Below are positions 45,237-55,360 of a stretch of 64,000 bases of DNA, piece after piece. Source of the DNA: Verrucomicrobiales bacterium (GTDB lineage Bacteria; Verrucomicrobiota; Verrucomicrobiia; Limisphaerales; UBA1100); the NCBI GenBank assembly GCA_038145765.1, contig JAYQQG010000003.1, positions 8,485-72,484 on the forward strand. The letters run 5' to 3'. Made by a program: the position numbers and the translations under genes. Each line of letters begins with the position of its first letter. Position 1 is the stretch's first letter. The notes under the pieces are model-generated. The model ran no database searches. It had not been told where the DNA came from and saw nothing but the letters and a program-made list of their open reading frames with translations.

Positions 45237-46607
45237 TTACACCTCCATTAGCTCGCCGGGTGCGGGCTGGAGTATGTTGAGGCGAGGCATACGGTCGCGT
45301 AATTCGGCCTCAATCCAGTTGCGGGCCTCGGGTTCGCCATGGGCGAGGATGACGGTGCGCGGGGCCATTTGGACGGCGAAATCCACCAGCTCCTCCCGGT
45401 ATGCGTGGGCGGACAGATCGAAGCAATCCAGATGACAATGCCGGGCGAATTCCCCGGCGCTGGGACTAAAAAGAAAGGGCTTGCCCAATGGGGCTGCGCG
45501 CAATGCGCCCCCCGGAGTATTCGGAGCCGCATAGCCCACGAACAATATGGAATGCCGTTTCTCCGGGGCCATGCGTTGTGCCAGCTGGTGGGCGGCGGTA
45601 TGTTCACTCAGCATTCCGGCGGTGATGACGAAAAGCTTGCCGTCCACGTTCAGTTTCCTGAAATCGCGCTGCTCCAGTACTTTAAGATCTAGCGCCTCAT
45701 GCAGATTCAGATCCGGCCGTAAATTGGGCGCTCGACCGGAGACTAAATCGTAAATTTCAGTGAACACTCGGCCGAGTCCGCCTATATAAACCGGTTGCCG
45801 GTTTAATTCGCCCGATCTCATCGCCAGCGCCAGCGCGGCCAGAATTTCCTGTGTTCGCCCCAAGGCAAACACTGGCACGAGCACGCCGCCCTGCTGCAGG
45901 CCCTCGCGCACCGACTCAATGAACCGCCTCAACTCCGCATTGCGGGTAAACTCCGCAGGGGTGACCGTTGCGCCGCGGGTGGTTTCCAAAATCAACACCT
46001 CAGCATCCGTGCCGGAAAAGTCGGCCCGAGGAGAGAGGGTTTGGTCGTGAAAACACACGTCGCCTGTGTAAAAGAGCGTTTCTCTCCCGTGTACGACACG
46101 CACACCGGCCGAGCCCAGTACGTGTCCGGCGGGGTGAAAGCTCACCGTCGGCGCCGGATGGATGGATGCGCCGGACGGGGCCACGCCCCAGGGCGCCTCG
46201 TTTCCATATTTAAATCCTTGAAAAAGATAAGATATTTCGTCCACCTCATTGTGGTGGAACAACGGGTAATCCAGAATATTCTGCTCAATCCGCTGGCGCT
46301 TCATCACGTTTACTGAGTTATGCAGCACGCGTTCGATGAGGAAATAGCTGGGCTCGGTCATCAACACACGCGCGCGCGGGAAGTGGCGCAGGGCCACCGG
46401 CAGAGAGCCGCAGTGATCCTGATGACAATGGGAGATCGCGATGGCATCCACCTCCTGATCGGCCACTTGTGAATACAACGGCAACCCGGCGCGCCCTTCC
46501 ACGCCCGGCGCCGTGCCGGCGTCGAGCAGGATGCGGTGTCCGCCGGTTTCCACCAGCCAAGCGCTGGCCCCAATGGTATCGGCGGGGTTGAGGTTGGTAA
46601 TGCGCAT
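45237..46607 (-). CDS. MBL-fold beta-CASP family RNA-metabolising hydrolase
   Basis: 'ILLDAGT', 'VDAIAISHCHQDHCGSLP' (HxHxDH), a beta-CASP region and a C-terminal 'ILAHGE' motif. Start set to 'MRITNLNP' (46607). Confidence 0.8.
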   Translation of the reverse strand: MRITNLNPADTIGASAWLVETGGHRILLDAGTAPGVEGRAGLPLYSQVADQEVDAIAISHCHQDHCGSLPVALRHFPRARVLMTEPSYFLIERVLHNSVNVMKRQRIEQNILDYPLFHHNEVDEISYLFQGFKYGNEAPWGVAPSGASIHPAPTVSFHPAGHVLGSAGVRVVHGRETLFYTGDVCFHDQTLSPRADFSGTDAEVLILETTRGATVTPAEFTRNAELRRFIESVREGLQQGGVLVPVFALGRTQEILAALALAMRSGELNRQPVYIGGLGRVFTEIYDLVSGRAPNLRPDLNLHEALDLKVLEQRDFRKLNVDGKLFVITAGMLSEHTAAHQLAQRMAPEKRHSILFVGYAAPNTPGGALRAAPLGKPFLFSPSAGEFARHCHLDCFDLSAHAYREELVDFAVQMAPRTVILAHGEPEARNWIEAELRDRMPRLNILQPAPGELMEV

Positions 46608-46689
46608 GCCGGAGGCTACGCCGCGTGTGTCATCGCGGGCGAGCCTTTTGCCTCGAATCCGGGCAAGCCAATGGCTAGCCTGTGGGCGC

Positions 46690-47796
46690 ATGCGATTGCT
46701 GGACCGGTATCTGTTGCGCGAGTTACTTGTGCCGTTGGGGTATTGCCTGATGGGCTTTCAGATTTTTTGGACAGCATTCGATTTGTTCAGCAACCTCAAG
46801 GGCTATCAGGATCGGGGCTTGGCGTGGGGCCAAATCGGGGAGATCTATATTTTGCGCACACCGGAATTAATGAGCACGGTGTTGCCGATCGCCCTCCTGT
46901 TGGCTTTGCTGTACACGCTCACAAATCTTGCGCGCAGTAACGAGTTGGTGGCCATGCGTGCGGCGGGGATCAGTTTGGCGCGGATCAGTGTGCCCTTCTT
47001 TGCCGTGGCGCTGATGATGGGCGGCACCTTATTTGCCGTGACCGAATTCATCGCGCCCAACGCATCGGCGAAATCCACGCGCCTGTTGGAAGCCGGCCAT
47101 TCGAATGCGGACAAATGGCTGACGAATCTGGATTTTCGGGATGATGCGCTGGGTCAGTTTTGGCATATCCAACGGTATAACCTCGCGACTGGGGAGATGG
47201 AGAACCCTTCGGTGGACTGGACACGCGAAGAGGTGCGCACGGTGGTGGATGCTGCGCGTGGGGTGTGGACCAATGGGCATTGGGTGTTTTATTCGGCGGA
47301 AACCAAGCTCTACACGCCGCCGACCAATGATCTGCCCAATCAGGTGCTGGCCACCAATGTCCTTGCGGGACTGGATCTCGGCGGATCGCCGGAACAATTG
47401 CAGGCCGAAATCAAAATCGCGCAACTGGACCAGTTGAAAGCTGCCAAGCAGTTGCAGCTTTCGCTCATGGAAATCATCGAATACCGCAAGCTGCATCCGG
47501 ACATGCAAACCGACAAGGCGGCCTTGATTCTCACGCAATTTCACGGGCGCATCGCACAACCGTTTACGTGTTTGGTGGTGGTGCTGGTGGCCCTTCCGTT
47601 TGGTGCAGTGAGCGGACGGCGAAACGTGTTTGTTGGGGTGGCCGGGAGCGTGGGAATTTGTTTCCTGTACTTCATTTTAATGCGCTGGGGATTGGCACTA
47701 GGCACGGCCGGGCACATGCCGGCCATGTTGGCAGCCTGGTTGCCGAACCTCATCTTTGCGGCGATAGGCACTGTGTTGTTGCGGAGGGTGCCATGA
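46690..47796 (+). CDS. LptF/LptG (YjgP/YjgQ) family permease
   Basis: 'MRLLDRYLLRELLVPLGYCLMGF', a central periplasmic domain and C-terminal TM helices. Start at ATG 46690. Confidence 0.8.
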   Translation: MRLLDRYLLRELLVPLGYCLMGFQIFWTAFDLFSNLKGYQDRGLAWGQIGEIYILRTPELMSTVLPIALLLALLYTLTNLARSNELVAMRAAGISLARISVPFFAVALMMGGTLFAVTEFIAPNASAKSTRLLEAGHSNADKWLTNLDFRDDALGQFWHIQRYNLATGEMENPSVDWTREEVRTVVDAARGVWTNGHWVFYSAETKLYTPPTNDLPNQVLATNVLAGLDLGGSPEQLQAEIKIAQLDQLKAAKQLQLSLMEIIEYRKLHPDMQTDKAALILTQFHGRIAQPFTCLVVVLVALPFGAVSGRRNVFVGVAGSVGICFLYFILMRWGLALGTAGHMPAMLAAWLPNLIFAAIGTVLLRRVP

Positions 47797-49481
47797 GCCG
47801 AACGTTTACGCCGGAACAACTGCAGCGATTATATGAGGTGTCGCGCGCCATCCACGCCACACTGGATTCGGCCGAAGCGTTGCGGTTGATTGTACGCGAA
47901 GCCGTGCAATTGGTAGGGGCGACGAGTGGATCATTGGCTCTGGTAAACCCCACCACCGGATTGCTGGAAATTGAGGCGGCCGAAGGGTTGTCCGAAGGAG
48001 CGAGTGCCCTTTCCCTCCGGATGAACGAAGGCATTACCGGCTGGGTGGCGTATCATGGTGTGCCGTTGAGGATCGGGGATGTGAGGGCTGATGAACGCTA
48101 TATTTCGGTCCGGCCCAATGTGCGCAGTGAGCTGGCGATTCCGTTATTTATTGAAGACGATGTGCGTGCAGTGCTGAACGTGGATGCGGAGTCGACGGCC
48201 GCCTTTACTGAGACCGATCAGTCGTTGCTTGAGGAATTGGCGCGGCACGCGACGCAGGTGATCATCAACACGTGGCAGTATGAGCAGCACCGTCAACGCG
48301 CCGAACTGTTGAGTTCGCTGGTGACGGTCGGTCAAACGATCAATAGCAATTTGCATGTCGATGCCGTGCTGGAATCGATCACGCGCGAGGCCGCGGGATT
48401 GGGCCGGGTGAAAATGAGTTCGCTGCAATTGCTCGACCCCTCGGGGGAATGGCTGGAGGTGCGGGCCCAATTTGGAGCCGGCATCAACTATCAGCAACGG
48501 CCTCCGTTAAGTGTGGTTGAAAGCTGGATGGGATCGGTCGTGCGCCGGCGGAAACCCATGCAGGTCTCCAACGTTCAAACGTCGGCACAATATCAACATC
48601 CGGAAATCGCCCGGCGCGAAGGCCTGGTGTCCCTGCTCTGTGCCCCGTTGATTTTCGGAGATCAAAGCCTGGGCGCCTTGAGTGTGTATACGGACACGCC
48701 GCATGTGTTTTCCAATGAGGAAGTGCGAACGTTAAGCGCGCTTGCCGAGCTGTCGGCTGTGGCGATTGAAAAGGCGCGCTTGTACGAACGCACGGTGGAT
48801 GTGGAGGAACAATTGCGCCGCAACGAGCAGCTCAGTGCGCTGGGGTTGCTTGCGGCGGAGGTGGCCCATGAGATTCGCAATCCGCTCACGGTGATGAAGA
48901 TGTTGTACCACTCGCTGGAGCTGGAGTTTCCCGAAGGCGATCCGCGGGCCGAAGATGCCCGGGTGCTCAGCGAAAAGATGAATCACCTCGACCATATCGT
49001 GGACAACATCGTGAAGTTTGCGCGCAATGCCGAGCCCCAGATGGGCCCGGTGGAATTGCCGGCGCTGTTGGATGACCTGACTCTCTTGACGCGCCATAAA
49101 CTGCAGCATCAACAGATCGAGTTAATCCGTAACGAAGCCCCTAATCTGCCTGCCATCAAAGGCGATTCGACCCAGCTTTCACAGGCGTTTTTGAATTTGA
49201 TTCTCAACGCCGCCGAAGCCATGGAACAAGGGGGCACCTTAGAAATCAGTACCGCGATTGATGAAACAACTGTCCATGTCAGATTCGCCGATTCCGGCCC
49301 GGGGATGACTGCCGAACAGCGCGAACGGGCCTTCACGGGGATGCTCAGCACCACCAAGGACAAGGGCGGCGGACTGGGCCTGGCGATTGTCGCCAAGGTT
49401 GCCGAGGCGCATGGTGGGCGGGTGGAGATGGAATCAGCCCCAGGCGAAGGCACTCGCATTACGTTACGGCTGCTCCGCTAA
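47793..49481 (+). CDS. Cytoplasmic sensor histidine kinase with two GAF domains
   Basis: GAF blocks ('GITGWVAYHGVPLRIGDV'), HisKA 'AAEVAHEIRNPLT', and HATPase 'DSGPGM...GGGLGLAIV'. ATGA overlap with the upstream permease gene. Confidence 0.85.
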   Translation: MSRTFTPEQLQRLYEVSRAIHATLDSAEALRLIVREAVQLVGATSGSLALVNPTTGLLEIEAAEGLSEGASALSLRMNEGITGWVAYHGVPLRIGDVRADERYISVRPNVRSELAIPLFIEDDVRAVLNVDAESTAAFTETDQSLLEELARHATQVIINTWQYEQHRQRAELLSSLVTVGQTINSNLHVDAVLESITREAAGLGRVKMSSLQLLDPSGEWLEVRAQFGAGINYQQRPPLSVVESWMGSVVRRRKPMQVSNVQTSAQYQHPEIARREGLVSLLCAPLIFGDQSLGALSVYTDTPHVFSNEEVRTLSALAELSAVAIEKARLYERTVDVEEQLRRNEQLSALGLLAAEVAHEIRNPLTVMKMLYHSLELEFPEGDPRAEDARVLSEKMNHLDHIVDNIVKFARNAEPQMGPVELPALLDDLTLLTRHKLQHQQIELIRNEAPNLPAIKGDSTQLSQAFLNLILNAAEAMEQGGTLEISTAIDETTVHVRFADSGPGMTAEQRERAFTGMLSTTKDKGGGLGLAIVAKVAEAHGGRVEMESAPGEGTRITLRLLR

Positions 49482-49632
49482 GCTAAAATATTGGCAAGAT
49501 GCATGCTGCGGTTGGGCATGGAAAAAATGCGCCCAGTGGACAAGGTTTTCTTCGGCTTCACCGCTGGGGCGACGTTGCTGGCCTTGATCTGCGTTATCCT
49601 TCTTTGGACGGCTTAGCCCTCTGCTTGTGAGG

Positions 49633-49655
49633 AAAAAAAGCGGCCCGCAGGCCGC
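49633..49655 (-). terminator. Intrinsic terminator downstream of xylA
   Basis: On the minus strand: GCGGCC-TGCG-GGCCGC followed by T7 (A-run 49633-39 on +). Confidence 0.6.
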
Positions 49656-49679
49656 TTGGGAATCTGTTGGCGGTGAGCC

Positions 49680-50993
49680 TTAGATGTACTCGTTGATCAG
49701 GTTCTCGAGGAACTCCTGGCGGCCGCTGCGGTTTTCGCTGATCTCGCCTTTCTCCAGCATGTAAGCCTCAAGGCTTTCGAAGTTGGCGGTGCCGTTTTCG
49801 ATTTCCTGGCCAATGCCTTCGTTCCAACTGGCGTAACGGTCCTTCACGGCTTGTTCGAGGCGGCCGTCAGCGCGGATGGCCGCGGCAATCTTGAGGCCGC
49901 GCGCAAAGGCGTCCATGCCGCCGATGTGTGCGTGGAACAGATCAATGGGTTCGTGGCTCTCGCGGCGCACCTTGGCGTCGAAGTTCACGCCGCCGGGGGC
50001 AATGCCGCCGTGCTTGAGGATGGCGAGCATGCTTTTGGTGGTGAGATAAATGTCGGTCGGGAACTGGTCGGTGTCCCAGCCGAGCAGGAGATCGCCGGTG
50101 TTGGCATCGATGGAGCCGAGGAAGCCCTGGCCGCCGGCGTAGTCGAGCTCGTGCTCCATGGTGTGGCCGGCGAGGGTGGCGTGGTTGGTCTCGATATTGA
50201 GCTTCACGTAATCCTCCAGGCCATTGGCGCGGATGAAGTTCAGGCACGCGGCGGCATCAAAGTCGTACTGGTGCTTGGTCGGCTCCTTGGGCTTGGGCTC
50301 GAAGAGGAACTGGCCGGTGAAGCCGATCTGCTTCGCGTAATCCACGGCCATGTGCATGAACTTGGCGAGGTGATCCAGCTCGCGCTGCATGTCGGTGTTG
50401 AGCCAGCTCTGGTAACCTTCGCGGCCGCCCCAGAACACGTAGTTTTCACCGCCCAATTCTTGGGTGACCTCGAGCATCTTTTTAACCTGACTGGCGGAAT
50501 AGGCAAAAACATCGGCGTTGCAGCTGGTCGCGGCACCGTGCATGAAACGCGGGTTGCTGAAGAGATTGGCGGTGCCCCAGAGCAGCTTGATGCCGGTGCG
50601 TGCCTGCTCCTCCTTGAGCACCCCCACGACCGCGTCGAGGTTGTCGTGGCTCTCCTGCAGCGTGGCGCCCTCGGGCGCGATATCGCGATCGTGAAAGCAG
50701 TAAAAGGGCGCGCCCAGTTTCTCGAGGAATTCAATGAACACCCGCGCGCGGTTTTGGGCGTTGGGCACATCATCTGAGCCCGATTCCCAAGGCCGCACCG
50801 CAGTGCCCGGGCCAAACGGGTCATTGCCCATCCCGCGCATGGTGTGCCAGTAGGCGATGCCGAAGCGCAAATGCTCCTTCATCGTTTGGCCTTCGATCAC
50901 CTCGTCGGCGTTGTAATGCTTGAAAGCCAGCGGATTACGAGAATCCGCCCCTTCGTATTCGATCTTCTGTATGTCCGGAAAAAATTCAGCCAT
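49680..50993 (-). CDS. xylA: Xylose isomerase
   Basis: 438 aa with '[10 protein letters not shown]', 'LWGTANLF', '[16 protein letters not shown]' and '[12 protein letters not shown]' motifs. Start set to 'MAEFFPDI'. Confidence 0.92.
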   Translation of the reverse strand: MAEFFPDIQKIEYEGADSRNPLAFKHYNADEVIEGQTMKEHLRFGIAYWHTMRGMGNDPFGPGTAVRPWESGSDDVPNAQNRARVFIEFLEKLGAPFYCFHDRDIAPEGATLQESHDNLDAVVGVLKEEQARTGIKLLWGTANLFSNPRFMHGAATSCNADVFAYSASQVKKMLEVTQELGGENYVFWGGREGYQSWLNTDMQRELDHLAKFMHMAVDYAKQIGFTGQFLFEPKPKEPTKHQYDFDAAACLNFIRANGLEDYVKLNIETNHATLAGHTMEHELDYAGGQGFLGSIDANTGDLLLGWDTDQFPTDIYLTTKSMLAILKHGGIAPGGVNFDAKVRRESHEPIDLFHAHIGGMDAFARGLKIAAAIRADGRLEQAVKDRYASWNEGIGQEIENGTANFESLEAYMLEKGEISENRSGRQEFLENLINEYI

Positions 50994-51055
50994 GAAATAA
51001 ATCGGGTTCGCGCGCATTGGAAGGAAGCCGCGCAGGCAAGTCAAGGGAAAGGCGG

Positions 51056-52168
51056 CTACCAAACCTCCACGGGCCCTTTGGGCACCGGGATGGCTTTGCG
51101 GCTTTCAATGGCGGATTCCGGATTCTTCATAAACGAGGCCATCAGGGGTTCCAGTTCGTATTGCGGGCGGAGCTGGCCGTCGGCATCGGTGAATTGCGTG
51201 CGCCATTGGAGATAATCCGTGAGGACAGTTTCGAATTCTTCACGGGTGCTAATTTGTACGATGGCCTTGTTGAAAGGCTTGGCGGGGCCAAAGCGTTTGG
51301 CGTACCACGGGGCGACTTTGCGGAACATCACACTGCCGCGATCTTCGCCGAAGACCTCAGCCATCAAATCGTAGTGCCGGCGCAAGACACGAATGCGTTC
51401 GTCGAAGGTGGCCTCGGGGAGGAGCTCGCCGGTCTCGATATAATGGCGGGTGTGCTTGAAAATCCACGGGTTGTAAAACGCGCCGCGGCCGATGGAGACG
51501 CCGGCGCAACCGGTGGCCTCAATCATGTGCTTGGCGGCCTCGGCAGAAGTGACATCGCCGTTGCCCACCACGGGCAGGCCGGGCACGGCTTCGACGACTT
51601 GGCGGATTCCATCCAATTTCACTGTGCCGTCAAAGCCCTGCGCACGCGTGCGGCCGTGGACGAAAATGGTGGCGCATCCGGCATCGGCCAGAGCGCGGGC
51701 GAGGTCGGGCGCGGTGATGTTGTCGTCGTCCCACCCCAGGCGCATCTTGGCGGTGACGGGGATTTTCAAGGCCTCCACCATGCCGCGCACGAGGGCCTGC
51801 GTCTTGGGCAGCTCGGTCATCATCGCGGAGCCGCCGCCGGTCTTTACCACCTTGCGCACGGGACAACCCATGTTGATGTCGATGGCGGATACGCCCAGTG
51901 ACTCAAGGTACAGAGCCGCATCACGCATCTCCTCAGGCACGGCGCCGAAGAGCTGCACGGCGAGCGGCCGATCGGCGTCGTTGGTCTCGATGAGCTTCAG
52001 CGCCTTGGGGTTGCGCTCAATGAGTGAGCGGGCGTTGACGAGGTCGGTCGTGCACAAATCCACCCCGCCCACCTCGCGAATGACCAGCCGGAAGGGAAGG
52101 TTCGTGTACCCCGCCAGCGGCGAGAGGAACAGATTCGACCCCAACGCCAATGTGCCCATTTGAAACAT
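51056..52168 (-). CDS. tRNA-dihydrouridine synthase
   Basis: '[15 protein letters not shown]', '[11 protein letters not shown]' and 'TAKMRLGWD' motifs. Confidence 0.88.
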   Translation of the reverse strand: MFQMGTLALGSNLFLSPLAGYTNLPFRLVIREVGGVDLCTTDLVNARSLIERNPKALKLIETNDADRPLAVQLFGAVPEEMRDAALYLESLGVSAIDINMGCPVRKVVKTGGGSAMMTELPKTQALVRGMVEALKIPVTAKMRLGWDDDNITAPDLARALADAGCATIFVHGRTRAQGFDGTVKLDGIRQVVEAVPGLPVVGNGDVTSAEAAKHMIEATGCAGVSIGRGAFYNPWIFKHTRHYIETGELLPEATFDERIRVLRRHYDLMAEVFGEDRGSVMFRKVAPWYAKRFGPAKPFNKAIVQISTREEFETVLTDYLQWRTQFTDADGQLRPQYELEPLMASFMKNPESAIESRKAIPVPKGPVEVW

Positions 52169-52321
52169 GGCGCAGGGAATGTATCATGTGATGGGTTTTG
52201 TTTCAGGAATAAAAGGCCTTCTGAGCCATAAGGCCTATTCTGGATTAGAAAAATGTAAGATTTGAAAGATTCAGACAAATTAATTTGTAACCTATTAGGA
52301 CGGGAACAATTGAACTTCAGG

Positions 52322-53140
52322 ATGAGAAATGAGCCATAGAACCCCTCAGAAAGCTGGATTACCTTAATTGAATTATTAGTGACCATCAGCATTGTGGCGG
52401 TATTAGCAGGGTTGCTTTTACCTGCGTTTGCGCGTGCTAAGCTTAAAGCAAAGCGGACGCAATGCCTTCATAATATGGGGCAACTGACGAAGGCGTTTAT
52501 AGCGTTTGCAACGGATAATGAGGGTCGAATGCCTTGGAATCTAAGTCCTCAAGATCGTGAAAATCACTACGGGAACAACTATTTGGAATGTGTGCCGGCA
52601 TTTTTGCATATTCCACAGATGAAAGACGAAATTGGAACGCCCAAAATCCTACTTTCTCCGTGTGATCCAGAGGCGCAAGCGGCTAATGAAATTGCTCAGT
52701 TGAACTGGAAGACCTATCACACACCACTGAATCGGTTGATAGATTGTAGGGCTGTCAGCTACCGAATTGCTCGGGGCAGCGGGGATACAAGCCATTCCGA
52801 GCTCGCGCTGATTACCACACGCAACGTGTCGCGCTATGATTTAGTGGGCGCAGAATTTGTCACCGATCGGTATGAAGGTATGGCCGGCTATGATGATTCC
52901 CGCGGCGGGGTCAGTTCGATGGATGGCAGTGTTCAAGGAGTTGATTCGCAAGCGTTGCGGGATAAGGAACGAATTCACAAAGAGCTGAGTGTTTCCACCG
53001 AGATATTTGGGTGCTGCCCCAAACCTCTGCCGGCGGGAGGCTGTTGTGGGCGGCCGCCCAAGGAACCGAGTTGGCCCGATACGTTTCAGCTCAATTTGGC
53101 CGGAGCAGCCGGGATAGCACCAATGACGTGTTCCGCATAG
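52322..53140 (+). pseudogene. Decayed member of the prepilin-like paralog family (in-frame TAG in the leader, Gly-1 lost)
   Basis: The reading frame gives [47 protein letters not shown]..; the track ORF starts only at GTG 52379. It retains 'NEGRMPW', 'SPCDP', 'TTRN' and 'MDGSVQG' blocks collinear with the 55.8-62.3 kb paralogs. The region is visibly AT-richer than its flanks. Confidence 0.55.
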
Positions 53141-53143
53141 ACC

Positions 53144-53857
53144 TCAACGGGAGTGAGCCTTGAGCGGCGCTCTCGGAAGTGACGCGGGATAGTAAATCGT
53201 TTGCAACTGCTCCGCCCGCGTGCCGCATGCGTATTTCCAGCTGCATAATAAGATACGATAATAGGTGTTCCATAGGCCTTCCTCACGGAACTTTCGGGCA
53301 GAGGTGAGGACGGTGCCGTAGGCCAAAGCAAATTCTCCGCAAGGGGCGAGTGCCTTGCAGAGTTCATATTCCTCCATGAGCGGGACATCCGGCACGCCGC
53401 CGGCTTGCTCGAGGGCGGTGCGTTTCACGAAGATGGCTTGGTCGCCGAAAAACTTTTTGGTCAACTTCCAGAGCAACCAACAACGCAGGCGCGAGCCGGG
53501 CAAGGGGCCGCGATCGCGGAAGCGTTTGTAAAAGGCGCCGGCGATGACTCCGGGCTGGGCAAGCGTGTGGACGATGGTCTGGCCTGCATCATCCGGCAGC
53601 CAAGTGTCGGCGTGCAACAGAAGAATGATGTCGCCGGAGGCGTGTTGCGCGCCGAGCCGCAGTTGCCTGCCGCGGCTTGGATCGCATTCCAAAATAGTGC
53701 AGTCGGCCTTGCGGGCGATGTCTTGCGTGGCGTCGGTACTGCCGGCATCCACGACGATGAGTTCGTGTAGATTCTCTACCGCGCCGGCGCGCCGGAGTGT
53801 GTCGGGTAGTTCGGCGGCCTCGTTGAGAGTGGGGATGACAATGGAAATGGCCGGCAT
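53144..53857 (-). CDS. Family 2 (GT-A) glycosyltransferase
   Basis: 'ISIVIPTLNEAAELPDTL', 'LIVVDAGSTDAT' and 'ILLLHADTWLP' motifs. Starts 3 nt after the radical SAM stop. Confidence 0.8.
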   Translation of the reverse strand: MPAISIVIPTLNEAAELPDTLRRAGAVENLHELIVVDAGSTDATQDIARKADCTILECDPSRGRQLRLGAQHASGDIILLLHADTWLPDDAGQTIVHTLAQPGVIAGAFYKRFRDRGPLPGSRLRCWLLWKLTKKFFGDQAIFVKRTALEQAGGVPDVPLMEEYELCKALAPCGEFALAYGTVLTSARKFREEGLWNTYYRILLCSWKYACGTRAEQLQTIYYPASLPRAPLKAHSR

Positions 53858-53860
53858 GGC

Positions 53861-55069
53861 CTAATCCTCTTTCAACTGCTCATACGCGCCGAAGTCGCTG
53901 AAGAAGTGTTTCTTGGCGAATTTGTAGATCCAGTTTTTCTCGGGGACCTGCTCGATACGATTCCATTGGCTGGGGCGGTTATCCATGGCCTCCAGCTCGG
54001 GCAGCGCGGTGCCGCGGGCGGTGCCGTCGGGGGCGTCGTGTTTCTCGACGAATTCTTTCACCTTGTCCGGGCGCTCGAGCATGATGCAGCCACGGGTGGT
54101 CTCGGCGCTCATGGCGCGGAAATCTTTCAGGTATTCGCTCTGCACAAACACGTCGCGAATGTGGCGTTCGTCGCGGATGTTTTCCTTGGCGAACTGGATG
54201 ATCGGGCACGGCTCAATGGCGCCCCACGGGCTGATGTGATGGCTGATGCCGGTGGCTGCGGGGCACAACGCCTGACCGTCGTGCATGTAATAGGCGTCGA
54301 TCATCGCGATCGGTTTCTTGGCGCGCATCTCGACGACGAATTTGCGAATCTTCAGCTGTTGCTCGGGCGTAAGGCAAAGCTGTTCGTTGGGCTCGGGGCC
54401 GACCGGGCGGTAGGTGTGGTACCACGCGTACATCACGCCGAGGTCGATCAGCTTATCAAGCCATTCCTCGCGCAGAAGATCGTCAATGTTTGTCTGGCAC
54501 AGACTGGTGGCCACGCCGGTGAGCAGCTGGGCGTCCACGCAGTTTAGAATGCCCTGCATACTCTTGCTGTAGACATCTTTTTTGCCACGGCGCTGATCGC
54601 TGATGATCTCGGTGCCCTCGATCGAAATGAGCGGCGTCACATTGCCCATTTCGCGCATGCGTTCGGCGTGCTCGGGAGTGATGAGTTGGCCGTTGGTAAA
54701 GACCTGAAAATAACAATCCGGATGTTCAGCGAGGATATCCAGCAACCCCTTGTACATGAACGGTTCGCCACCCAGGATGCCGAAGAAACTGTTGCCGGCC
54801 TCGCTCGCCTCCCGGATAAGCCGGTGCAAATGTTCGGCCTCAATTTTCTCCTGCTTCGCCGCTACATCCACCCAGCAGCCTTGGCAGCGCAGGTTGCAGG
54901 AATTGAGCACAGAGATATAAAGGAACGGTGGAAAATACTCGCCCCGCTTGAGCCCCGCCTTGAACCGCTGCACACTCCGCATTCCGCGCCAACCGAAGTT
55001 GTAGGCAAACTTCCAAAGCAGACGTTTGTCTGTCTCCAGAATCACCCGGCGCATCATAGGGAGGTACAT
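53861..55069 (-). CDS. Radical SAM protein (unassigned subfamily) with Cys-containing C-terminal region
   Basis: 'YISVLNSCNLRCQGCWV' (CxxxCxxC), 'GILGGEPFM', and later Cys residues in 'CPAATGISHHISPWGAIEPCP' and 'TTRGC'. Confidence 0.8.
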   Translation of the reverse strand: MYLPMMRRVILETDKRLLWKFAYNFGWRGMRSVQRFKAGLKRGEYFPPFLYISVLNSCNLRCQGCWVDVAAKQEKIEAEHLHRLIREASEAGNSFFGILGGEPFMYKGLLDILAEHPDCYFQVFTNGQLITPEHAERMREMGNVTPLISIEGTEIISDQRRGKKDVYSKSMQGILNCVDAQLLTGVATSLCQTNIDDLLREEWLDKLIDLGVMYAWYHTYRPVGPEPNEQLCLTPEQQLKIRKFVVEMRAKKPIAMIDAYYMHDGQALCPAATGISHHISPWGAIEPCPIIQFAKENIRDERHIRDVFVQSEYLKDFRAMSAETTRGCIMLERPDKVKEFVEKHDAPDGTARGTALPELEAMDNRPSQWNRIEQVPEKNWIYKFAKKHFFSDFGAYEQLKED

Positions 55070-55360
55070 GGGCGGGGACTATTGCCCGCAAAAGCCCAAT
55101 TTTCAATGACCAATGTTTAGAGTCAACCGGGATGATATGTAGGGACGAGCCTGCGAGTCCGTTGATGGCACCGGCCTATTCGGGCTCGCAGATTCGTCTC
55201 TCCAAAGGGGTGGTGCCGTCGCAGTACGACGGGCCAGATGGGGGCCTGAATCCGGCGTCTATTCCTCCGATCTGGAGAGCACAGTGCCGAGGTCACCGGG
55301 GCAGAGGAAATGCGTCCGTTTATGGGATTGACGTAACAGCTCGCTTTGTAAGGCTGCAAA
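55070..55360 (-). promoter_or_regulatory. Structured 291-nt leader between the ferredoxin gene and the radical SAM gene (candidate cis-regulatory RNA, class unknown)
   Basis: Nested complementarity: GACGA/TCGTC with CTGCGAG/CTCGCAG (55144-55198); CTCTCCA/TGGAGAG (55198-55279) enclosing hairpins CCGTCG-CAGTA-CGACGG (55216-32) and GGCC-N7-GGCC. No convincing ORF. Confidence 0.3.

Noticed and set aside
49518-49616. 32-codon hydrophobic mini-ORF (MEKMRPVDKVFFGFTAGATLLALICVILLWTA) between the histidine kinase gene and the xylA terminator
   Set aside because: It has no recognisable ribosome-binding context or conservation evidence and could be a chance ORF. It is noted but not annotated.
49851-50777. 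+ strand ORF of 308 aa inside xylA
   Set aside because: It lies antisense to xylose isomerase and has a repetitive Gly/Ala/Val/Glu composition. It is a shadow ORF.
53144-55069. Calling the rSAM + GT2 pair an arsenosugar (ArsS-type) biosynthesis cluster
   Set aside because: No ArsM-like methyltransferase or ars genes are nearby. The rSAM N-terminus and length do not resemble what I recall of ArsS. The function is left open.
55070-55360. Assigning the rSAM leader to the cobalamin, TPP or SAM-I riboswitch classes
   Set aside because: Partial strings (CCTGAATCCGGCG, GGCACTGTG, GGTGCC) occur. However, the B12 box, the CUGAGA/ACCUGAUCUGGAUAAUGCCAGCG core and the SAM-I junction sequences are absent or in the wrong order. 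The element was kept only as an unclassified structured leader.
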